Positions 1 through 8,097 of a DNA stretch of 20,000 bases are shown one piece after another. The stretch is taken from the IMG/VR virus record IMGVR_UViG_3300027754_002682, one strand, 5' to 3'. Each line of letters begins with the position of its first letter. Within the stretch, counting starts at the first letter, position 1. Position numbers and translations under genes: made by a program. Source of the stretch: an uncultured virus (IMG/VR IMGVR_UViG_3300027754_002682) (taxonomy: Duplodnaviria; Heunggongvirae; Uroviricota; Caudoviricetes). The notes beneath the pieces are model-generated. The model was given only the letters and a program-made list of their open reading frames with translations, was not told the origin of the DNA and did no database searches.

Positions 1-1083
1 CGGAGATTGATTATCCCCACCTTTCACTTTTGGATTGCCGAATGTTTGATGATAATGATATAAACATGCACCTATTGCAGAACCACTATCCGATGGAGCA
101 AATGGTATAAATACATTCTTAATTGCCGTAAAGTGTTTGATTTTACCATTGGCAGTTCCATTATATGCACAACCACCACCTAATACTAAATTTTCACATT
201 CCCAAATATTTGTAATTCTATTGATAATAAAATATAATGCAGCTTCATACCATCTTTGTAATGAAGCAGCTAAGTCTTTATGATGTTGTTCTATTGGTTC
301 ATCTTTGAAACGTGGAGGAAATCCAATTAAATCTATTAACTTATCATTAAACATATCGTTATCCGATGTATGCCATGTAAAGTAAGACATGTCCATCTTT
401 ACGATGTCGATTTCACCACCGGTAGTAACAACTTTGTCAAATATGTTATTGTATTTTTGATTATCCCCATATGGAGCAAGTCCCATTACTTTATACTCAC
501 CTTCGTTTGGTTTGAATCCTAAATAAGCAGTAAATGCTGAATATATCAATCCTAACGAATGTGGAAAGTGTAATGTTTGTATTTTGTGAAACCCCTTCTC
601 ATCACACATTGCAGCGTATATAGTATGTGACTCACCAACTCCATCAATTGACAAACCTATTGCTTTATCAAATGGTGATGTATAGTAAGATAGTGCCAAA
701 TGTGAATGGTGATGTAATGAATATAAAATTTCTCCATCATATCCAATTGATTCTAATATTCCTTTTAAGTTACCTTCTGTTTCATTCCATCTTTTAATAA
801 ACTTTCTCCATTTCATTGGATATCTTAAACCACCCCACTTACCAATCGTCTCTCTAACTCTTTCAAATTTATCGTTTGGATTTTCATACCAACAAACCAT
901 ATCAATTTCATCAATTGTTATTTTTGCATATTCTAAACACCATTGAATTGCTTTAAACGGAAAAGAACTATCATGTTTTTCACCAGATAGTTTTTCTTCT
1001 TCAATTGCACATATTACTTTGCCATCTATAACTAATGCTGCTGCTGAATCATGGTAAAATGCTGATAAACCTAATTGTATCAT
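1..1083 (-). CDS. Carbamoyltransferase (NodU/CmcH/TobZ family), 5' part; runs off the left edge of the window
   Basis: Not in the ORF track; translated by hand from ATG at 1083: MIQLGLSAFYHDSAAALVIDGKVICAIEEEKLSGEKHDSSFP...HHHSH...SIDGVGE...HSLGLIYSAFTAYLGFKPNEGEYKVMGLAPYG...LVLGGGCAYN...PFAPSDSGSAIGA. These are the hallmark motifs of the Kae1-like N-terminal domain of O-carbamoyltransferases. Confidence 0.93.
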   Translation of the reverse strand, partial: MIQLGLSAFYHDSAAALVIDGKVICAIEEEKLSGEKHDSSFPFKAIQWCLEYAKITIDEIDMVCWYENPNDKFERVRETIGKWGGLRYPMKWRKFIKRWNETEGNLKGILESIGYDGEILYSLHHHSHLALSYYTSPFDKAIGLSIDGVGESHTIYAAMCDEKGFHKIQTLHFPHSLGLIYSAFTAYLGFKPNEGEYKVMGLAPYGDNQKYNNIFDKVVTTGGEIDIVKMDMSYFTWHTSDNDMFNDKLIDLIGFPPRFKDEPIEQHHKDLAASLQRWYEAALYFIINRITNIWECENLVLGGGCAYNGTANGKIKHFTAIKNVFIPFAPSDSGSAIGACLYHYHQTFGNPKVKGGDNQSP

Positions 1084-1086
1084 ATT

Positions 1087-1785
1087 TTAAATTTTTATAT
1101 CACCATATTTATCAAATTCACTATAAAGTGCCATTTGTTTTTCTTTCATTTTATTGACAACTTTTGTAATATAATGAGTAGGGTGACCTGTCATTTCTCT
1201 AATAAGTAAATATAGTGACTTTTTGTTAAAATTTTCTATGTAATTCGCTCTTCTAAATAATTCTAATACGGAATCTGCAATTTGCATATCTCTTTTCTTT
1301 GGAAAATGATTTTCTAAATGTTTATCCCAATATTCTAACATTCTAATATTAAATGTTCTATGTTCGTCATTTCTTTCCTCCTCTCTAAAATTATTTTCAG
1401 TATCAAATGATTCTGGTAAACCCGACATCACATCGGTATCTTTATATCTTTTATAGTTTGCATTATTATTTAAAATAAGATAATTTCTTGCAACAATTGT
1501 AAAATAACTAAATGCTTTACCTTTTCCTGCTTTGTACATATGAATTTTTTCAATCATAAATGCAACAACTTCCGACATTACATCTCTTGGGTCATCATCA
1601 AAGTAAGTAAACTTCCATTTATTGTAAACTATTTCTGCAAGTTTATCAAATGCAGATGCAATTCGTTCTCTATATAATTTATCTTTAATAAACTGGTCAT
1701 TAGTAAGATTATACTCAATGATTGCATCTTCGGTATCTTTTGGAAAATATTGTCTATTCGGCCCTCGCTTCTTTCTAATTGCCAT
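1087..1785 (-). CDS. Phage sigma-factor-like protein (T4 gp55-like / sigma70 region 2-like)
   Basis: DVMSEVVAFMIEKIHMYKAGKGKAFSYFTIVARNYLI resembles sigma region 2 (compare FDPxKGxxFSTYAxxxIRN). There is a possible C-terminal HTH (LYLLIREMTGHPTHYITKVVNKMK). Confidence 0.55.
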   Translation of the reverse strand: MAIRKKRGPNRQYFPKDTEDAIIEYNLTNDQFIKDKLYRERIASAFDKLAEIVYNKWKFTYFDDDPRDVMSEVVAFMIEKIHMYKAGKGKAFSYFTIVARNYLILNNNANYKRYKDTDVMSGLPESFDTENNFREEERNDEHRTFNIRMLEYWDKHLENHFPKKRDMQIADSVLELFRRANYIENFNKKSLYLLIREMTGHPTHYITKVVNKMKEKQMALYSEFDKYGDIKI

Positions 1786-2041
1786 TTTTTTGTTGTTTGA
1801 ATTTTTCTATTGTTTCTTTGATTTGATAAAATATAGAACCAACTTCATCATCCTTCTCAAACATTTCACGACTATCAATTAGTCTCAATGCTTCCAGTAA
1901 TGCTTCGTTTCTTTCAATTTCTGTTTGTATAAATTTTTGTGTATCTTCGTATGCATCTTCGTATTTTTCTAATTTTTTTAGAAGATTGTAAACTACATAT
2001 GATAATGTAATTATAAGTAATGTAAGTATTGTATATATCAT
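1775..2041 (-). CDS. Small protein with an N-terminal TM anchor and coiled coil
   Basis: Likely start is MIYTILTLLIITLSYVVYNLL at 2041, because the track start at 2101 overlaps the def gene by about 60 nt. Hydrophobic N-terminus followed by a charged helix. Confidence 0.7.
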   Translation of the reverse strand: MIYTILTLLIITLSYVVYNLLKKLEKYEDAYEDTQKFIQTEIERNEALLEALRLIDSREMFEKDDEVGSIFYQIKETIEKFKQQKNGN

Positions 2042-2042
2042 A

Positions 2043-2678
2043 TTAAACGATTTCGTATCCTTGTAAAAATAATTTATTTGCATTTTTGAATTTAACTTCA
2101 ATCAATTCACCTTCTTTTGATTTCATTACAATCTTTTCATTTCTGCCAAAGTCTACTTTTTTAACAACCTGTGTGTTATAAACTCTATCTTTAATGGTAA
2201 TTCCGTCCAAATGGTCAATTTCATGTTGAACAATAACCGTCATCATTGTTTCTTTTGATATGGATTCATTTGTTTTATCACCTTCTGGATTAATTTCAAA
2301 TGTTAACTCACCCAAATTATCCGTATCAATTACGACTTTACAAGCTCTAATAGTTCTTGTTGGTTTTGAAAGTGATGATGGGATAGATAAACACCCTTCC
2401 ATAAAAAGAAATCCTTCTTTTGACTTTTCTTTAATAATTGGATTTACTAAGAATAATTCCTCTTCACCCAATTTAATATAACAAGCTCTCTTTTTAATTC
2501 CCAATTGAGTTGCTGATATTCCCAATCCAGGATATTCAGTTAAACCTTCTTCTAATTGTTTTCTTAACTCATCTGCTTCTTGTTGGGTTATTTCTGATTT
2601 TAGTACAGGAGTTTTAAGATACTCTGTAAACTCTTTTGTTATTAGTCCGTTAGAACCTTTGTCAACTATTAATTTCAT
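2043..2678 (-). CDS. def: Peptide deformylase with a C-terminal extension
   Basis: All three PDF motifs are present: GLGISATQ (GxGxAAxQ), EGCLS and QHEIDHLDG (HExxH). Confidence 0.95.
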   Translation of the reverse strand: MKLIVDKGSNGLITKEFTEYLKTPVLKSEITQQEADELRKQLEEGLTEYPGLGISATQLGIKKRACYIKLGEEELFLVNPIIKEKSKEGFLFMEGCLSIPSSLSKPTRTIRACKVVIDTDNLGELTFEINPEGDKTNESISKETMMTVIVQHEIDHLDGITIKDRVYNTQVVKKVDFGRNEKIVMKSKEGELIEVKFKNANKLFLQGYEIV

Positions 2679-2681
2679 ATT

Positions 2682-2891
2682 TTATTTTTTTAATCCGTAT
2701 TTAATCCATTTATACCAAACTCTTTCGTGAATATAGTATTGTATGGGTTTATAAATCAATTCTGCTACTCCAAATGCTGCTCCAATTTTAATTGAACCAC
2801 TTATCAACCACATTAATAAGAAACCAACTATGGTACTTATAATACGATATGAAATGGTTTTAGCAATGTGTCTCTTACGCTCTACTATCAT
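2682..2891 (-). CDS. DUF2061-like small membrane protein
   Basis: KRHIAKTISYRIIST...YYIHERVW pattern with two hydrophobic segments. Confidence 0.75.
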   Translation of the reverse strand: MIVERKRHIAKTISYRIISTIVGFLLMWLISGSIKIGAAFGVAELIYKPIQYYIHERVWYKWIKYGLKK

Positions 2892-3270
2892 CTTCGGTAT
2901 CTATATTGTAAACGATTACATCACCATTTGAGTCGATGTATTTTTTTCTAATTGCAGTTCCACTAATTTGTTCTATTTCTTTTGGTGGTTCGTGATAGAT
3001 TACATCATATCCTACACCTCTACCATAGTTTACACTTTCAATATCAGGAATCATGCTGATTAGAATTTTATCTATGTTTTCTTTTATAAATGTTTCTTCC
3101 ATTAAATCCATCATGACTCTATGTCCTGATTTAGGATTGTTTTCATCGTTGGGTACATCCCTAACGGCTATCCAAACATTTTTACCTTTTTGTAATTGTT
3201 GATTTATTAACCACTCATGACCTTTATGCCATGTTTGCCATCTTCCAATAAATAATGCGTATTTTTTCAT
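2875..3270 (-). CDS. HIGH-superfamily nucleotidyltransferase (cytidylyltransferase-like)
   Basis: FIGRWQTWHKGH (GRxQxxHxGH motif), NP motif, and C-terminal ISGTAIR (SxTxIR). Confidence 0.85.
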   Translation of the reverse strand: MKKYALFIGRWQTWHKGHEWLINQQLQKGKNVWIAVRDVPNDENNPKSGHRVMMDLMEETFIKENIDKILISMIPDIESVNYGRGVGYDVIYHEPPKEIEQISGTAIRKKYIDSNGDVIVYNIDTEDDSRA

Positions 3271-3275
3271 ATTTG

Positions 3276-3307
3276 TAATATACGAAAATTATTCTAAACT
3301 ACCAAAT
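3276..3307 (-). promoter_or_regulatory. Repeated promoter motif TTTGG-N17-CGTATATTA (copy 1)
   Basis: ATTTGG-TAGTTTAGAATAATTTT-CGTATATTA, 5 nt upstream of the ATG at 3270. One of four copies with an identical 17-nt spacer. Confidence 0.75.
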
Positions 3308-3309
3308 AA

Positions 3310-4464
3310 TTAATAAGTTTTAATTAAATCGTCTTGTTGGGTTTTTTTGTATTTTAACCAATAATTTATTGCATTTTGGTCATTTATCCATTTTGTTTTA
3401 TCATCCCAATCAAATCCTGGTCTTGCATAATAAGGTAATAGATTTCTTTTACCTTTGGTTCTTTCTTCGTGGCCTTCGGGAGACCATTCATCTATAATTC
3501 CATCATTATTTGTATCATATCCATCAATTGTTCCATCACCATCCAAGTCAATAGGAATCCTAACAATTGAATTTTCATTTTCTTTGTAATTCTCATCTTG
3601 TTTGTTTTCATTAATAATATCATCTCCGTAAACCTTATAATCTTTGTAATTTTCTTGCATCAAATCATCTAAATCATATAATCCTAATTTTTGGTTATTT
3701 TCTACCATTTCACCCAAAAGTCTTTCTTGTTTTTTATTTTTATTTTCAATTAAACCATTAAATGCGATAATAAGTGCTACTGCTAACGGGTCAAATACGA
3801 TTACAATCAAAAATATGAAGAATTTTACTACATTTTTCAGTTCTATACCGAATGCTTCAGCTACAAACCTAAAACCACCCACTTCTTTCTCTAAATCTAT
3901 GTTAGAAGTCTTAATTTCATTTATTTTTTCGTTCTCTTTAGCGTTTTGGTCTTGTAAATCACTAATTTTTTTGTTAATTTTAGCAATTTCTTTGTCTCTA
4001 TTGTCTATTGAGCGTAAAAGACGAGAATTTACCTTACCACCATCAATGATTTTACCTTGATTTTTGTTAAACTCACTAATTTGTGTTGATAGTTGCGTAA
4101 TTTGAATAGTATTTTGGTCAATTTTAGTAGAGTGTACCATAATTTCTCTATCTACTTGTTGTAGTTTAAGTGATTGTGCCTGAAAAGCGTTAGAAAGGTA
4201 ACCAAATATACCCGCCGATGTAATAATCATTAATAATGCAACTGCAGTGACCAAATACCACTTATTAAATCCCTTAATTTCATCCCACATTTGTTTTAGG
4301 TAAGTTGCTGCTACTAATTTAGCAAACTCCAAAGCACCGGCCATTACCATTACTGCGGTTGAGGCACCACTAAATAGAACACCCAATCCGGTAACCGAAA
4401 AGAACGCTGCACAACCGGCTATAATTAGTGCAGAAAATCCGACTAAATATTTAAGCCAATTCAT
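3310..4464 (-). CDS. Multi-pass membrane protein with a long coiled coil and an acidic C-terminal DxDxDG repeat
   Basis: Three N-terminal TM segments, a coiled coil of about 100 aa, a fourth TM (FFIFLIVIVFDPLAVALIIAF), then DLDGDGTIDGYDTNNDGIIDE. Confidence 0.75.
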   Translation of the reverse strand: MNWLKYLVGFSALIIAGCAAFFSVTGLGVLFSGASTAVMVMAGALEFAKLVAATYLKQMWDEIKGFNKWYLVTAVALLMIITSAGIFGYLSNAFQAQSLKLQQVDREIMVHSTKIDQNTIQITQLSTQISEFNKNQGKIIDGGKVNSRLLRSIDNRDKEIAKINKKISDLQDQNAKENEKINEIKTSNIDLEKEVGGFRFVAEAFGIELKNVVKFFIFLIVIVFDPLAVALIIAFNGLIENKNKKQERLLGEMVENNQKLGLYDLDDLMQENYKDYKVYGDDIINENKQDENYKENENSIVRIPIDLDGDGTIDGYDTNNDGIIDEWSPEGHEERTKGKRNLLPYYARPGFDWDDKTKWINDQNAINYWLKYKKTQQDDLIKTY

Positions 4465-4641
4465 TTATCTATTTATTCTTGTTAATTCTGTAACTCTTTC
4501 TACAATCTTCCTTGAATCTTCTAAAACTTCGATTGCTTGAGAAGGTGTAATTTGTTGAGCTCCGTTAATAACATTTTGTAAAATCCTCAACTTTCCGTCT
4601 AAAGATTCCAATAACATTTGTATTTTTTCGTTGTATATCAT
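4465..4641 (-). CDS. Small hypothetical protein (58 aa)
   Basis: Below the track cutoff: MIYNEKIQMLLESLDGKLRILQNVINGAQQITPSQAIEVLEDSRKIVERVTELTRINR*. It fills the gap exactly and its TAA abuts the next ATG. Confidence 0.75.
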   Translation of the reverse strand: MIYNEKIQMLLESLDGKLRILQNVINGAQQITPSQAIEVLEDSRKIVERVTELTRINR

Positions 4642-4645
4642 AGTA

Positions 4646-4653
4646 ATAAATAT
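4646..4653 (-). promoter_or_regulatory. Candidate late-promoter motif ATATTTAT
   Basis: Lies after a terminator and 4 nt before an ATG; the same arrangement recurs at 16945 and 18581. Confidence 0.4.
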
Positions 4654-4664
4654 TTGTTTATAAT

Positions 4665-4697
4665 AAAAAAGGTAGAAGTGTTTAAACTCCTACCTTT
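4665..4697 (-). terminator. Intrinsic terminator after hsp20
   Basis: Minus strand reads AAAGGTAGGAGT-TTAAAC-ACTTCTACCTTT followed by TTT; the stem contains one G-U pair. Confidence 0.8.
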
Positions 4698-4698
4698 C

Positions 4699-4730
4699 TA
4701 ATATACGAAAAATAACTGAATTAACCAACT
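4699..4730 (-). promoter_or_regulatory. Repeated promoter motif (copy 2), overlapping the hsp20 stop codon
   Basis: AGTTGG-TTAATTCAGTTATTTTT-CGTATATTA with a 17-nt spacer. Confidence 0.6.
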
Positions 4731-5107
4731 TTAGGGGTTAATTTTTTTGGTTTGGACTCTTCCTTTCTTTCAATAGTAATTAAGAGAATACCATTTTTAA
4801 TCTCAGCTTTTGCTTTTCTACCATCAAAGTTTTTACCTACTTGTACTCTTTCTTCAATGTCTGAAACCAATTGATTAAAAGGATTTTCTTTATCCTCTCC
4901 TATCTTTTTAGCTTTAATTTCAATTTTGTCCTCAAAGCAATTAATTTCAATATCTTTTGGGTCGTGCCCTAATACTGATAATGCAAGGGTTGCAGCTTCA
5001 TCTTTAATGTCTACTGCGAATTTGTTTTGAACATAAGTCGTTCTTGTCTTTGGTTGTTCGATTGGAAAAAATTCATCGAATAACTTACTGTAATCAATCA
5101 TGTACAT
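4721..5107 (-). CDS. Small heat-shock protein (HSP20/alpha-crystallin)
   Basis: LSVLGHDPKDIEI...IEIKA...AKAEIKNGILLITI...KPKKL; alpha-crystallin domain pattern, 128 aa. Confidence 0.88.
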   Translation of the reverse strand: MYMIDYSKLFDEFFPIEQPKTRTTYVQNKFAVDIKDEAATLALSVLGHDPKDIEINCFEDKIEIKAKKIGEDKENPFNQLVSDIEERVQVGKNFDGRKAKAEIKNGILLITIERKEESKPKKLTPKVG

Positions 5108-5143
5108 AATATAAATGTTTTTTAGTTAATAATACCCATATAG

Positions 5144-5160
5144 TCCAAATACTATACCAA
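5144..5160 (-). promoter_or_regulatory. Sigma54-like -24/-12 promoter candidate upstream of hsp20
   Basis: Minus strand TTGGTATAGTATTTGGA compared with consensus TTGGCACnnnnTTGCW; GG-N10-GG instead of GG-N10-GC. Confidence 0.4.
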
Positions 5161-5226
5161 CCCCAAATGTGTAACAAAGTTATGACAAAACTACCCTAAC
5201 TTTATTACAAATCGGAAAATCTGTCA

Positions 5227-5874
5227 TTAAATTGTGTTATCTTGTCTTTCAATGATTGTCGACATATGGTCTGCCCAATGCATAATAAATTGTAACTTAT
5301 AAACTAATTGTTTCTTTAAGTCGTGACCAGCTAAATACTTTTGATTATCTTCGTCATACATACCATCGGTAAGTTTGATTGCAAAATACTCTTTCTCATT
5401 ATACTGAATACCATAATGGTTCAATGTAAAGAAAGTTCTATCGGTTAGGGTCATATATGGAATATTCTCATTACGAACAAATAAAGTTCCGTATTTCTTT
5501 TGAGACCATTCTTCTTGATTTGGTAAATAATGTAATTCACCTCTAATACCTAACTTTCCCAAATCGTGATGTAGACAACTAAATATCAATTCTTCTTCGG
5601 TAAAATCTATCTCTCCACCTTGCATTACGAACAGGTCTCTCATTTTAAGAGCGTTCTTACATACATTAAAGATGTGGTCTATATACCCACCTATATATGC
5701 GTTATGATAGTGTTTTGAGCCTGATGCGGGTGATACTGCTAAATTACTACCCAATTCTTCTTCGGAATACATATGGAGTAATTTCTCCAATCTATCTCCT
5801 TTAAAATACTTCTTAATTATACCTATAAATCGGTCATAATTTGCTTTCAATTCTTGTTCTGTCTTTTGTTTCAT
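5227..5874 (-). CDS. HD-domain phosphohydrolase (YhaM-like HD domain)
   Basis: SPAS..HYHNAYIGGYIDH, LHHDLGK and HWADH motifs. Confidence 0.88.
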   Translation of the reverse strand: MKQKTEQELKANYDRFIGIIKKYFKGDRLEKLLHMYSEEELGSNLAVSPASGSKHYHNAYIGGYIDHIFNVCKNALKMRDLFVMQGGEIDFTEEELIFSCLHHDLGKLGIRGELHYLPNQEEWSQKKYGTLFVRNENIPYMTLTDRTFFTLNHYGIQYNEKEYFAIKLTDGMYDEDNQKYLAGHDLKKQLVYKLQFIMHWADHMSTIIERQDNTI

Positions 5875-5903
5875 TGTTTAGAGTTTAATTGTTTATAATA
5901 CTC

Positions 5904-5935
5904 TAATATACGACAAATTTTTGACATTACCAAAT
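5904..5935 (-). promoter_or_regulatory. Repeated promoter motif (copy 3)
   Basis: ATTTGG-TAATGTCAAAAATTTGT-CGTATATTA; begins immediately after the stop codon at 5936. Confidence 0.75.
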
Positions 5936-6499
5936 TTATATTAACTTATTTGTAAATTTGGTATATCTAAGTTTATTATTTTTATTTAAAATATTTAAAA
6001 ATTTACTATCTACTATACCTAAATAATTATTTAATTTTTTTACATTTTCTCCAGTAATAAAAATTGATTCATATGTAAAATGTTCAGCTACTAATTTTAA
6101 TAAAAATTGTTTATCTTTTTCTAATTTTGTTTTTATATTATTTAATTTTTCAATATTAAAATTTTTAATATCGTTAATATTCCAATTAACATCCCATTTA
6201 TCATTTTCAATTGAATTATAAAAACTTTCGGCCTGCTCCATTACATCTTCTCTTGTTAATATAATAGTTTTATCAAATTTTGTTTTAATATCTTCAAATG
6301 ACATATTTAAATTTAATAATTCCCATTCCATAATTTTTACAACAATATTATCTTTAAGAAATAATGAATCTATATCAATTGAACCATTTTTATTTGAATT
6401 GGTTGGTTCATAAATTTTTTCTAGATTTAATGAATTACCAATGTATGTAGTTAAAGATGTTGACCCACATCTTCCTTGTGAAAATATTAGTATTCTCAT
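5936..6499 (-). CDS. Sulfotransferase-like protein (Stf0-like P-loop fold)
   Basis: N-terminal ILIFSQGRCGSTSL (PAPS 5'-PSB RxGST), EP motif, IILTREDVMEQAES (3'-PB R...S), FTYESI. Confidence 0.75.
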   Translation of the reverse strand: MRILIFSQGRCGSTSLTTYIGNSLNLEKIYEPTNSNKNGSIDIDSLFLKDNIVVKIMEWELLNLNMSFEDIKTKFDKTIILTREDVMEQAESFYNSIENDKWDVNWNINDIKNFNIEKLNNIKTKLEKDKQFLLKLVAEHFTYESIFITGENVKKLNNYLGIVDSKFLNILNKNNKLRYTKFTNKLI

Positions 6500-7563
6500 A
6501 TTAAACCCCTTCTTTTTTTAGGTAAATGTTTATCAATTATATCGTTCATGTTTGTATGAGAATTATATTTATTTACAATTTTTTCTAATTCAATTAAAAA
6601 TAAATTAAATTCAGGATGCTCTTCATTCCATATTTGTTTTAATTTATATTCACCATTACCAAATGTTCCCCAGTTTAATATTTTAGTAAACAATACTTCA
6701 TATCCAGTTGTAGCGTGTGGTAAACTCATAATCATTTTATAATAATCAAACATTTCTTTGTAATTGGTATCTTGTACAACAAAAGAAAAGGTTTTTTTTC
6801 GCATTGTATCGATGGTTGCTATAAATTTTATATTTTTTTGTAAAATATCCCAATCTCCACCACGTCTAACTATGTTGTATGTTTCCTTAGTTGCAGCATC
6901 TATACTTATATCAATTGTTTGTATAAATTCTTTAACATTTTTTAATTTATCCCACATTTGTTCATCTAATAATATTGCATTTGTATGAATGTGTATTGTA
7001 TTTAATTTTGGAAATTTAGTTTTATCAAAATTTAATAAAAAATTTCTAAATGTTTTTGAAGCAAATGGGTCAGCTGTACCTGATATGTAAAAACAATTTA
7101 TACTTTTTCCAAATACATCAATTACTTCATCCATTGTTTTATCTATAATATCTAATTTTTCACCACTAGCCATTATAAGTGATATTCTACACGAAGGACA
7201 TGATAAATTACAACTTCTATCAAATGCTAAATTAATCCTTAATGGGCCGGTGTTACCATATAATATTTTATTTAAATTTTTATCCGATTTTTTATGGAAT
7301 ACACTGCCAACTATATTGTTGTATACAAGTTCACTTATATATGGACACAATTGTTTATCACAATAAGAATATGAACCATCCAATACGGATTCTTGTATTT
7401 TTTTTAATGTATCACCATTATATACTTCATTTAATTTACCAACTTCTCCAACGGAGGTTGGTAACCAAGATGGACAACATGCCCATACCTGTTTATCATG
7501 TATTTCTAAATAATGAAATGGGCTACCACATACATATTCTTTTAAAATATCTTCTTTTGCCAT
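6496..7563 (-). CDS. Radical SAM enzyme with an N-terminal SPASM/twitch-like Cys cluster
   Basis: CNLSCPSC (CxxxCxxC), SGTADPF, HTNA, ISIDAATKETY..VR.GG; N-terminal CGSPF...WACC...YCDKQLC. Confidence 0.92.
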   Translation of the reverse strand: MAKEDILKEYVCGSPFHYLEIHDKQVWACCPSWLPTSVGEVGKLNEVYNGDTLKKIQESVLDGSYSYCDKQLCPYISELVYNNIVGSVFHKKSDKNLNKILYGNTGPLRINLAFDRSCNLSCPSCRISLIMASGEKLDIIDKTMDEVIDVFGKSINCFYISGTADPFASKTFRNFLLNFDKTKFPKLNTIHIHTNAILLDEQMWDKLKNVKEFIQTIDISIDAATKETYNIVRRGGDWDILQKNIKFIATIDTMRKKTFSFVVQDTNYKEMFDYYKMIMSLPHATTGYEVLFTKILNWGTFGNGEYKLKQIWNEEHPEFNLFLIELEKIVNKYNSHTNMNDIIDKHLPKKRRGLI

Positions 7564-8097
7564 TTATTTTAATTGTGTTGTTGCTGTTATGGTCATTTGT
7601 TGTATTTCTATATTGTGTGGTTGGTTTAAACACCATTCGACTACCTCAGCAACTTTATTACATTCGATTTTATTAAAATTGTTAAAATTTTTATGTGAAT
7701 CAAGTGTTCCTAAATTTAAATTGATAATTCTAACTTTTTTATTTGGATATTTATCAATTAAAGATTGCGTAATATTATTTAAATGTTTTTTGTTTGCAAC
7801 ATATTGAGGACTCCATGCTCCTGATTGATGTATAGAACTACTATTTATGTTTATTATTGTTTTTTCTAAATCTTTCCATTTATCAAATAATTTTAAAATT
7901 AAATCGGATTGTGTTGTTTCATAATACACATTATTTATAAAAATATCACAATTTTCTAATTTTTCTATTATTTTATTCGGTGATTGAACATTGTATCCAT
8001 TTGTTCTACTAAACCCAATTACATCATATAATGTAATTAATTTATCATATATTGCTTTACCTAAACCTGCAGTATGTCCTGTTATTCCAATTATCAT
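7564..8097 (-). CDS. Short-chain dehydrogenase/reductase (compact)
   Basis: ITGHTAGLGKAI (TGxxxGxG), DIFINN, IININS, YVANK (YxxxK). Confidence 0.88.
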   Translation of the reverse strand: MIIGITGHTAGLGKAIYDKLITLYDVIGFSRTNGYNVQSPNKIIEKLENCDIFINNVYYETTQSDLILKLFDKWKDLEKTIININSSSIHQSGAWSPQYVANKKHLNNITQSLIDKYPNKKVRIINLNLGTLDSHKNFNNFNKIECNKVAEVVEWCLNQPHNIEIQQMTITATTQLK

